NCBI GenBank assembly: GCA_001179505.1
Contig: CDMY01000820.1
Location: 1-17,611, forward strand
Reading direction: 5' to 3'
DNA from: Vitrella brassicaformis CCMP3155
Taxonomy: Eukaryota; Protista; Chromerida
DNA length: 17,611 nt
Shown here piece after piece: positions 1 to 10,000 of the stretch. Position 1 is the first letter of the stretch. Every line of letters starts with the position of its first letter. Position numbers and translations under genes: made by a program. The notes under the pieces were generated by a model. It was not told where the DNA came from. It saw nothing but the letters and a program-made list of their open reading frames with translations, and did no database searches.

Positions 1-1375
1 CCACAGACCTTACGTTGCATTGACTTAATCCTTTATCCGGGACTGACCGCCCGGCAGATCCTCTCTTCACCATTCTCCCCGACTCTCTCCCCCCTATTCT
101 TACAGCTGCTAAGGCCTCTCTTGCAGTTGTAAATTCACGGGTTTAGGGTACGTTTGCTGCCCGGACCCCTGGTGGTCTCGTCCCTCCGCATTAGCCTTGG
201 TCTCAGCGATCCCCTGTTGTTCGACATCTTTCCAGCTTTTGTCGGCCTGGCTCTACCCTCTACCGCCGGTACCCTCGCCACCAGCGTGAAGATGGTCATG
301 CGGACGAGGGCCAACACCATCCGAAGGTCGGTCGACGAGAGATGCGATAGCAGCAGGGGAATGACTGCTAATGGCTGTTATGCACCGGATCTTTCTCTGC
401 TGCATTCTCAGGAGTTCTGGAGTTCGTCCCGGTTTTCGTTTGGTCGCGTGCATCTGGAGGCCGCGCAGCACCCCCCCATCCCCCCCGCCACGCCGCACAC
501 CCTAGATCTCATGCCACAGGTGGATGACGAATCGCACAAAAAGAGGGAAGAGGGTTTGAATGTGCTCCTTCAGGCTCACCAGCCCGGCTCGTGAGCACTC
601 CTGCTCCCCCGCCGCTCAAGGCGACGTCTTCCAGCAGACTACCCGCACACACAAACGTGGTCCGACTGACAGATACACCAACATCACATGTGTGTGTGCG
701 TTGGACTGCCTGGCATGGGTGTGTGGTGTGTGGTTTTGGTGCAGAGGACCCTGTATGGGCAGGCTGGGGCGGCAGAGGGCGACGGTGGCGGCAGGGGGTT
801 CGGCGGCGACACAGCTAAGCAGCCCGGTCGTCCCTTCTTCCCCAAGCTCACGTCGGGCCCATCCATCATTCCTCCCCCCGCCAATCGCACAGGGCTACCA
901 CGCAACACAACACGGCTGCACGGCGCATCCGACCACGACCACCCGAAAGCGGTCAGGCAAAGAGATTGCCAATGTGTGTGCTGTGATTACGTTGGGGGTC
1001 CTGTGTGTGGTGTGGTTTGCCGTCAGGCGTGCGGTCGTGCGGTCGTGCGGTGCGGGAGAGGGATGGGCGTCGGGAAGGGCGTGTTGGTGCGGCCGACGGG
1101 CGGGAGATGCGTCGCGGGACGGAGCTACATGATGTGTATGGCGAGATGCTCCGTAGATCTTCGCGGTTGACGGTGAGCCCCCACCCATACGAACACGCGC
1201 AATTGCATAATGTCAAGTGCGTCTGTGTTGTGGGTGTTCTTCCTTCAGGATAGTTTCACTGCCGGACAGCCCCATGAAGCCCCACCACACAGCAAAGCCC
1301 ATTGTCAGGCCCATACCTTCACACACGCACACAGACACACGCACATTTTGTCCGGATGATCTTGTGTATGTGCAT

Positions 1376-1403
1376 TTGTGTGTGTGTGTGTGTGCGTGTG
1401 TGT
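1376..1403. repeat. (GT)n microsatellite in an intron-like segment
   Basis: Direct reading. Similar tracts occur at ~9842-9860, ~11502-11520 and ~14973-14998. Confidence 0.9.
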
Positions 1404-1454
1404 GGTTTTCAGGTTTCCCACGACGCGCCTTGTGCACCGAGTCTGCCCTACACA

Positions 1455-1564
1455 CACCAGCCACCCGCCAAGCGGAGCATGAGGGCCAACAACAATGGCG
1501 GAATGGGCGCAGACCACGATGTCGTTGTTGTTGTTCCTCATGCTCTGCTTAGCGGGCGCTGGTG
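1455..1564. repeat. Imperfect ~30-40 bp inverted repeat
   Basis: cccgccaagcggagcatgagggccaacaacaa (1464-1495) versus ttgttgttcctcatgctctgcttagcggg (1528-1556). Confidence 0.85.
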
Positions 1565-1747
1565 TCCTCCGTGAACAGGTCAGAGAACACTCACGTCCGG
1601 GCGTGTGAGCGGAGCGAGGCCGCCGGTGCCGTATAGCATGGTGAGCCCATCACGTCAGAGGGCAACAAACAGGGAGAGAGGTGACAATGTGCACTTGTCG
1701 CTTCCATTTCAGTCAAAGTACTAATGCGGTGAGTGTGCGAAGGTTTT

Positions 1748-1816
1748 GTTACTGCTGTAGTTGTGACTGAGGGCAGATGTGCGCCGTCGTCCATGAGTCA
1801 CAACTACAGCAGTAAC
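1748..1816. repeat. Perfect 21-bp inverted repeat with a 27-nt loop
   Basis: GTTACTGCTGTAGTTGTGACT (1748-1768) and AGTCACAACTACAGCAGTAAC (1796-1816). Confidence 0.95.
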
Positions 1817-2549
1817 GAACCATCCGCACTCATTTCATTTCTGGATGATCTTATGTGTGTGTGTATGGGTCTGACCATGGCCTTTGCTGTGTTCGAGCGA
1901 GTGTCGTGGGCTAGTTGGCCACAGCTGCATTATCGCAGCCTCTGAGTGGACACAGGCTGTCACACAGCTGTCTCTTTGTCACGGCGTGTTTTTTGGACTG
2001 CTTTTTTTTGGTGTTGTATTTGTTGTGTGCGGGTGGGCAAGAGGGGCCGGACTGAATCCCAGCATTTTCTAAATGAGCGCATTAACCAGACGACCAAAAA
2101 TCCTTCGTCATTGGATGGGCAGCCTTAAGTGTGCGCGACGAGTGCGCGCCCCACAGCTCGGCAGATGGTGTTGGTCTCACATACATTTGGCGTTCATCAT
2201 TCAGTCTCCATCCCATACAACACCCAACGCACACACGTGTACACACACACACACTGCCTCACGCCGGTCCCCCATATCCATCACTCCTTCACCCGCTGCT
2301 ATGCCTCTGCACCACTCCCTGACCATCGGTCTTATCCATGACAACGCACGTGTCTCGCTTGTGCGTCACGGTGTGTGTAGCCGTCCCGTCGGCGTTCTTG
2401 TCTCTCTGTGCACGACTGGATTGACGCTGGCGGACCGAAACATTTATCAGTGCACAGCCTCTGTGCAGTGCGTGAGTGATAAACGTCGAATTACTATCAA
2501 AGTCCGCCTCTTTGCAGGGCAACGAACAGATCAAGGCTTTTGGTGTGGG

Positions 2550-3952
2550 TGCATGTCACTGAGGATCGCTTGATGGAGAGGGCGAAAGGAAACGGTCCAT
2601 CGGGTGCATAGACAGCCTCCGAATATAAAATGTAGCCAGCGATATGTCCAGCGGATTGCACGTGTCTCTGAAGCTCTGCATTTGTCGACCCACCTGCAGC
2701 TTACGGCCCACTCCTCAGCTGCCGACACAGCAGATGGACAGAAGGCACAGGTGATGACAGACAGCAGGCAAGGAAGCTTCCCTCTCTCCCCGCCCTCCTT
2801 CCCTTTTGTGTTACCAGGCAGCAGCGGCGTCAGCAGCACCTCCCTGGGCGTCCCGGTGCTGCTGATGTAATGCAGGGGCAGCTGCTCGTCTGTGTAGGCC
2901 GCCAGCATGACGACGCATCATATCCGCGTGTGCTTTGAATTGCGACTCGTCTCTGTCCCCGCGTGCGCCCTGACCTCATCCGCAGATCGTCGGTAGAATA
3001 ATCAAGGGACTCGACAAATATAAAATGTAGTCAGCGATCGGCACGCTGAAAAGACAAGACAACACCAGCAACCGAGGTGTGTCCGCTTGCGCGTCTCTAG
3101 GAGCGTCCCACTTACCCTCTCCCGCTCCGCCACGTCAGCCATCACGACGCATGAGATGCCGCCTCCTCGGATGACTTTCTCCATCATTGCACCAAACCCA
3201 TACACCGACGTCGGCTGCCCAAGCCATGTCGCCCGCCTGTCTCCCTCTCCCACCACAACACCGTCACGCCGTATCTGCCGTGTCAGCCTCTCCATCCCCC
3301 TGTGGATGCGCTGCGAGAGGGGTGACATGTCGCGGCTGGTTGCGGTCGGCTCCACAGTGTCGCCCAGCAGCGCGGCCTGAAACTCCGGCGCCCTTAGCCA
3401 GGTCGATGAGCCGGTCAAAATCGGCAAACCAATACGACTCTGAAACCAAGCAGACGAAATCGCAACATCGATGTAGACACGTGTGGTATGTCACCTACCA
3501 TTGCACCAGCTGGAGGCAAGGAAGGGCGACGAAAGAGGATTGCACAGACTCAACAAATATAAAATGTAGTCAGCGATATACAGGCTGAGAACACAACACA
3601 ACACCAGCAACCAGTTACCTTTCTTTGTGTCTCTCTGTGTCTCCATATGCGTGTTCATACCGATTGTCTGCCGTGACGGAGAACATAAGGCGATGAGAAG
3701 ATCGGCCCGGATCCCTGCAGCCCCGCACGGAGCCACTCGAATCCCTCGAACAGGCGCTGACACAACAACAACACACAAGGAACGACAGCAGTCAGCCCAC
3801 ACCGTCTTGTCTGCACGTCCCCCCCTCTCTGCCTACAGAAGTGATCGCTGTCGTCCTCTTCATCTCTCCGCATCGCCCTAGCCCCTCCGCACATCGTCGG
3901 TAGAAAAATACAGGGACTCGACCAATATAAAATGTAGGCAGCGATGCATCGG
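2550..3952 (-). pseudogene. Further minus-strand exons (3' continuation of Q or a separate degenerate gene) containing four copies of an R[C/W/*]LHFI segment
   Basis: Acceptor/donor-bounded exons: top 3952 (PMHRCLHFILVESLYFSTDD), 3661-3756 (RLFEGFEWLRAGLQGSGP..), top 3584 (PVYR*LHFIFVES), 3116-3439 (108 codons, ..FQAALLGDTVEP..MERLTRQIRRDG..AERER), 2975-3045 (RADR*LHFIFVES), plus a MLAAYTDEQLPLHYISSTGTPREVLL segment near 2810-2910. Confidence 0.45.
2622..3945. repeat. Four dispersed copies of the 22-mer AATATAAAATGTAG[C/T/T/G]CAGCGAT
   Basis: At 2622-2643, 3017-3038, 3556-3577 and 3924-3945. Only one position varies. Confidence 0.95.
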
Positions 3953-4023
3953 CTGAAGACACAAAGGAAAACTCCAGCTGTCAATTTAATGACCTCTCTT
4001 TGTGCCTCTCTGTGTCGCTCTAC

Positions 4024-6550
4024 TTATTTGGTCTCCTGGACGGTGCCCCTGTCTCCCCCGCCTCTCCCCCCCGCCGCTCTCCCCGCCTCGTCATATGCTG
4101 ACGCCCCCTTCGGCTGAAAAACGCCCTGCAGCCAGCCAGCCAGCCACAGGCACTTGAGACATGATACGTGCGTACGGACGCTGTGTCCTACCCCCTTCAT
4201 CAGGATGGTTTGTGGCTGGTGTGAGCGAGGGAGGGCTGGTGTGGGGGGGCTGGCGTGGCACTTCTGTGTCGCTGCTGTAGTTGTGACTGAGGGTAGAAGT
4301 GCGCCGTGGTCCATTAGCCTGGCGAGAGAGGAGGGAAGCCACAACCAGTGTTTGCCAGTGGGCGTGGCGGTGGGTGGAAGTGTCTGCTGCACTAACCTGA
4401 GGTCTGCCGTAACTGCTCGAGGCATCCGTGTTACCTCCAGCCGGCAAAGGACTCTGAAGAAGAGACACACAGCACCACACTGCAGTTGACAAGGCACAGT
4501 GCGTCTGTGTGTGTGTGGGCGTGTGTGTATGTGTGGCTTTGGTCTCATTTACCTGAAACTCAGAAGGTGTGGTGCTACCATAGCCCCCTATGACGTGCCC
4601 CCCATAGCGCCCCATCTGCCCTCTGCCCAGGGGAGCGCCCTCCCCGTCCACACGTGTCCTGCCGTGCAGTGGTAGGTCTCGTCCCTCCGCATGAGCACCT
4701 CGTGACTGAAATGGAAGCGACAAGTGCACATTGTCACCTCCCTCCCTGTTTGTTGCCCTCTGACGTGATGGGCTCACCTTGCTGTACGGCACCGGCGGCC
4801 TCGCTCCGCTCACACGCCCGGACATCTGAGACGAGAAGACACACAGGTCAGATGTGCCGCCATGTGTGGGCGTGAGTGTTCCTGACCTGTTCACGCAGCT
4901 CGCCGTGGTCTGCGCCCCTCCCGCCGTTGTTGTTGGTCCTCATGCTCTGCTTAGCGGGCGGCTGGTAGTCGTGACTGGGTGAAGAAGTGCGGGGTGGTCC
5001 GTCAGCCTGGCGAGAGAGGAGGGAAGCCACAACCAGTGTTTGCCAGTGGGCGCGGCGGTGGGTGGAAGTGTCTGCTGCACTAACCTGAGGTCTGCCGTAA
5101 CTGCTCGAGGCATCCGTGTTACCTCCAGCCGGCAAAGGACTCTGAAGAAAAGACACACAGCACCACACTGCAGTTGACAGGGCACAGTGCGTCTGTGCGT
5201 GTGAAGGTATGGGTGGGGCATCGTGAAGGGTGAAGATCTCCTGGGTCTCTCGTCTCGCGGCCCGGTGGCTTGTAGCCAGTGCCTCGGCCCCCCCACCNNN
5301 NNNNNNNNNNNNNNNNNNNNNNNNNNNNNNNNNNNNNNNNNNNNNNNNNNNNNNNNNNNNNNNNNNNNNNNNNNNNNNNNNNNNNNNNNNNNNNNNNNNN
5401 NNNNNNNNNNNNNNNNNNNNNNNNNNNNNNNNNNNNNNNNNNNNNNNNNNNNNNNNNNNNNNNNNNNNNNNNNNNNNNNNNNNNNNNNNNNNNNNNNNNN
5501 NNNNNNNNNNNNNNNNNNNNNNNNNNNNNNNNNNNNNNNNNNNNNNNNNNNNNNNNNNNNNNNNNNNNNNNNNNNNNNNNNNNNNNNNNNNNNNNNNCCC
5601 CCCCCCCCCCCATGTAGGTCTCGCCATAAACATCATACTCCCTCCCGCCCCGCATCTCCCGCCCGCCGCCCGTCGGCCGCACCAACACGACCCCCCGACC
5701 CCCATACCCCTCCCGCACCGTACGACCGCCCGCCTGACGGCAAACCACACCACACCACACAGGACCGTCGACGTGATCACAGCACACCCACTGGAAATCT
5801 CTTTGCCTGACCACCTCTTGGTGGTCGTTGTGGGATGTGCCGTGCAGAATTGTTCCTGTGCGATTGGCGGGGGAAGGAGGCATGGATGGGCCCGACAGGT
5901 GCGTGGAGGGGAAGCCGAGAAGATCGGGCTGCGTAGGTGTGTTGCCGCCGAACCCCTTGCCGCCACTGTCGCCCTCTGCCGCCCCAGGCTGCCCATACAG
6001 GCTCCTCTGCATCTCAACCACACACCACACACCCATGCCAGGCAGTCCAGCGCACACACACATGTGATGTTGGTGTATCTGTCAGTCGGACCACGTTTGT
6101 GTGTGCGGGTAGTCTGCTGGAAGACGTCGCCTTGGGCGGCGGGGGAGCAGGAGTGCTCACGAGCCGGGCTGGTGAGCCTGAAGGAGCACATTCAAACTCT
6201 CTTCCCTCTCTTTGTGCGATTCGTCATCCACCTGTGGCATGAGATCAAGGGTGGGTGTCGGGGCGGGGCTGCTGGGGTGGTTCTGCCTGGCCTCCTGATG
6301 CTCGTGACCAGGAAAACAGGCCGGTATGCTGTGAAAAAAAGTCCTGAGAATGCTGCAGAGAAAGATCCGGTGCATAACAGCCATAAGCAGCCATTCCTCT
6401 GCTGCTGTCGCATCTCTCGTCGACCGACCTTCTGAAGGCGATTGCCATCGTCCGCAAGACGACGCTCATCAGGCTGGTGGCCCTAGTTCCGGCCTTTCTG
6501 CGTGCCGGCCTTTGCGTTGGCCGGACCCCTGTTGGTCGACATGTGTTCAG
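4024..6550 (-). CDS. Gene Q (main part): multi-exon low-complexity hypothetical protein, paralogous in part to gene R; contains in-frame stops and a gap
   Basis: Minus-strand GT-AG exons include KAEHMSTNRGPANAKAGTQKGRN*GHQPDERRLADDGNRLQK, ..LDLMPQ, RSLYGQPGAAEGDSGGKGFGG.., AGGRTVREGYGG..REMRGGREYDVYGE, SPLPAGGNTDASSSYGRPQ (5085-5141 and 4397-4453), ADGPPRTSSPSHDYQPPAKQSMRTNNNGGRG.., MSGRVSGARPPVPYSK and GVFQPKGASAYDEAGR..ETK*. The start is uncertain. In-frame TAG at 6483-6485 and TAA at 4024-4026. Confidence 0.55.
4270..5200. repeat. Direct repeat (~240 bp, period 688 bp) duplicating an intron-exon-intron module in gene Q
   Basis: ~4270-4510 versus ~4965-5200. The 57-nt exon copies at 4397-4453 and 5085-5141 read the same sequence. 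Confidence 0.9.
5298..5597. other. Assembly gap (300 N)
   Basis: Run of exactly 300 N, flanked by poly-C. Confidence 1.
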
Positions 6551-6894
6551 CCTTCTGGTCTCCATCGGGACATGGCAGGGTGCGGGAGAGGGAGTGCGCG
6601 TTTTGTTCGCTCACCTTCCTGTGGCATGAGTTCAGTAGAGGCGGTATGGCGAGAGGAGCCGTCGTGGAAGTGTAGAAGAGGAGCCGGATTGTGCGCATCC
6701 ATACCGATGCATCGCCCCATGACAAAGACCCTCGTGGCTTTCCGAAGAGGCGAATCGCTTCCAATTGATCGCTTCAAAAACATCACTCTTGTCAGAAGCT
6801 GGCAAGGAGCTGCCGTCGGCTCGTGCGTACAGTTCACCGGGTTGACGGAGCTGAGAATATTGGACTTGATGCCGAAAAGCCCCCCGTCTCCCGC

Positions 6895-7027
6895 GTCTCG
6901 ATTCTCGCCAATTCTCGGCCAGGTTGCAAATGCTGTCCAGATCTCGGCTGACCCTCTTCTCTCTTTTCTTCTCTCTTCTCTTCTTTTCTCTCCTTTCTGA
7001 TGATAACATACTAAGTACCTCTCCTGA
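6895..7027 (+). promoter_or_regulatory. Putative promoter/5' UTR of gene R, possibly bidirectional with Q
   Basis: Tandem ATTCTCG (6901, 6911) and a CT-rich tract (~6950-7000) precede the ATG at 7028. The segment lies between divergent genes. Confidence 0.4.
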
Positions 7028-10000
7028 ATGAAAGGCAGCCGGTCTGGAGGACCGAAGGAGGCGCCGCCTCAGGGTGTTGCTGGAGGGGCACGGCGAGGAC
7101 GGCAGATGAGGGATGTAAGTGGACGGGCGAGGAGGATGGATGGATCGAATATGACGCCTGTGCCCTTGCTGTTGCAGGATAGCGCTGGTTCTGGTAGAAC
7201 AGATCGTCGTTGCGCTGGAGGCGGGTCGCCGGAGTACCACAGGCGCAACGACGACATTCCCGTGGTACGTAGGAAGGGCAGCTGTAGTCGGATGCCCTCG
7301 GCAGCAGCACGTTCGCTGGTTCTCTCTGTTGTCAGCGTACTGGAGGCGGCGGCGACCTCTCGCCAAGATCTTCGATGCAGGTGGGGAAAGAGAGCCACAC
7401 AATGCCCACCAGCACGCCGTCATGAGTTTGTTGTTGCTCCTCCTTAATCAGGGAGTCCCCGCAGGCCCACCCGGACGACCTACGATACTCTCGCGCCAGG
7501 TGAGCCATCGACACCGAGCGAAGAGGAAGGAGGACCAGTCGTCTTCACATACCTTGACCGTGTTTCTCGTCCATCAGAGTCATGGCGACTACAGTCATGA
7601 CGGCCGCAACGCCATCAACACACACCCCAACGACCTCCACACAGAAGGTACTGCACAACATACCGACACTCGATACTCGCTCCACTCACTTTTCATGTTT
7701 GTATGTGTGTGTGTGCGCGTCGTCAGGGTACCACACTCAGCAGGGCACGATCAACGGCTACCACCAGCAGCACGGCAGCGGGGTCTCGGCGAGCCAGATG
7801 ATCATCCAGCGGGGACCTGCAGGCGGCCAGCACCAGCAGCATTTCTAGGGACAGAAGGTCAGGCGACGCATACACAGATCAATGGATGGATGGATGGATG
7901 GATTCGTTGTGTGTGTGTCTGCGTGTGTGCAGTTTAGCGGGGTGGGTGTGTTGACGGGCGGCGGGGAGGCCGGTGGCGGTGGTGGAGGGTTGGAGGGGCG
8001 GAGTGGACCAGAAAAATTGGCTCGGGGCATGTTTCGTCTCCCCTCCCAGCAGGCGTCCGCCCACCAGCACATGATGCAAAGGGACCAACAGCAGGTACGC
8101 TCACATCATTTGTTCACGACTAAATGTATCAACGTGCGCTGCGCGTGTCTGTGTGTTGTGTGTGTAGGGTATGGGCAGTGACGGGTACTCCCCCCCGATT
8201 GGTCGTGCAGCGAGCTCATCATACACGCAATCAGACGGCCAGAAGCAGACCCATCAGACCGCCGACGGTGAGATAAAGAGGAAGGGTGACAGATGAAAAG
8301 AATGAAAATGCTCATGATGTGTTGTGTTGTGTTGGCTTGCGTTGTGTTTTGTGTAGGCGGCTCGTCCCACGTGCACCGCGACACCCAGGCCATGATGGGC
8401 GCCGGTCGTGGGCTGGCACGCGCTGGGGCAGAGGGCACACAAAGCGGTGGTGAGTGTGACGCACAACATACCGACACTCGATACTCGCTCTACTCACTCT
8501 TCATCTTTGTATGTGTGTGTGTGTGCGCGTCGTCAGGAAACTACGGTCAGCAGGGCNNNNNNNNNNNNNNNNNNNNNNNNNNNNNNNNNNNNNNNNNNNN
8601 NNNNNNNNNNNNNNNNNNNNNNNNNNNNNNNNNNNNNNNNNNNNNNNNNNNNNNNNNNNNNNNNNNNNNNNNNNNNNNNNNNNNNNNNNNNNNNNNNNNN
8701 NNNNNNNNNNNNNNNNNNNNNNNNNNNNNNNNNNNNNNNNNNNNNNNNNNNNNNNNNNNNNNNNNNNNNNNNNNNNNNNNNNNNNNNNNNNNNNNNNNNN
8801 NNNNNNNNNNNNNNNNNNNNNNNNNNNNNNNNNNNNNNNNNNNNNNNNNNNNNNNNATGGATGGATGGATGGATGGATTCGTTGTGTGTGTGTCTGCGTG
8901 TGTGCAGTTTAGCGGGGTGGGTGTGTTGACGGGCGGCGGGGAGGCCGGTGGCGGTGGTGGAGGGTTGGAGGGGCGGAGTGGACCAGAAAAATTGGCTCGG
9001 GGCATGTTTCGTCTCCCCTCCCAGCAGGCGTCCGCCCACCAGCACATGATGCAAAGAGACCAACAGCAGGTACGCTCACATGATTTGTTCACGACTAAAT
9101 GTATCTAACGTGCGCTGCGCGTGTCTGTGTGTTGTGTGTTGTGTGTTGTGTGTGTAGGGTATGGGCAGTGACGGGTACTCCCCCCCGATTGGTCGTGCAG
9201 CGAGCTCATCATACACGCAATCAGACGGCCAGAAGCAGACCCATCAGACCGCCGACGGTGAGATAAAGAGGAAGGGTGACAGATGAAAAGAATGAAAATG
9301 CTCATGATGTGTTGTGTTGTGTTGGCTTGCGTTGTGTTTTGTGTAGGCGGCTCGTCCCACGTGCACCGCGACACCCAGGCCATGATGGGCGCCGGTCGTG
9401 GGCTGGCACGCGCTGGGGCAGAGGGCACACAAAGCGGTGGTGAGTGTGACGCACAACATACCGACACTCGATACTCGCTCTACTCACTCTTCATCTTTGT
9501 ATGTGTGTGTGTGTGCGCGTCGTCAGGAAACTACGGTCAGCAGGGCACGATCAACGGCTACCACCACCAGCATGGCAGCGGGGTCTCCAGATGATCATCC
9601 AGCGGGGACCTGCAGGCGGCCAGCACCAGCAGCATTTCCAGGGACAGAAGGTCAGGCGACGCATACACAGATGGATGGATGGATGGATGGATTCGTTGTG
9701 TGTGTGTCTGCGTGTGTGCAGCATAGCGGGATGGGTGTGTTGACGGGCGGCGGGGAGACCAGTCGCGGTGGAGTGGATGGGGCTGATGCGGTTCCGTACG
9801 GTCGCAGCAATCTACCCTTCGATGTGAGAATGAGACCAAAGACACACACACACACACACACTTAGGCCCACAAACGGACGCCCTGTACCTCGTCAATGTC
9901 GTGTTGTCTTGTGTGTGTTTTCTCAGAGGCGTTTGACTGCTGGAGGTGTGGGGCACGCCTCGCAGCGCCCCGGGAGCCCTCAGGTCAGTGCAGGCAGCGG

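Larger units (their letters stand above)
195..1730 (+). pseudogene. Copy P: degenerate inverted duplicate of gene Q exons
   Basis: ~275-1170 matches the reverse complement of ~5600-6470, and ~1455-1730 matches that of ~4720-4965. Introns are retained (327-411, 520-573), so this is a DNA-level duplication. Lesions: an 8-nt duplication (gcggtcgt x2, ~1031-1046) that frameshifts to TGA 1168-1170, and a deletion near 1590 that removes an acceptor present in Q. Confidence 0.7.

Noticed and set aside
139-148. Telomere-like GGGTTTAGGG
   Set aside because: Only about 1.5 units, as expected by chance.
2443-2482. Small hairpin TGCACAG-cct-CTGTGCA with outer TTTATCA/TGATAAA
   Set aside because: Short stems of this length are expected by chance, and there is no other support.
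2622-3945. CRISPR-like repeats (22-mer x4)
   Set aside because: Spacing is 368-539 bp and irregular, the context is eukaryotic, and no cas genes are present.
4848-6435. Long ORFs spanning N runs (also 8293-9108)
   Set aside because: Their length is inflated by 100 X codons from the gaps.
6820-6870. LRR-like FTGLTELRILDL in ORF 6350-7000
   Set aside because: It is a single isolated match with no further repeats, in an ORF antisense to gene Q.
6632-7423. 263-aa minus-strand ORF
   Set aside because: It is antisense to phase-consistent plus-strand exons, and its RREKK stretch is just the complement of a CT tract.
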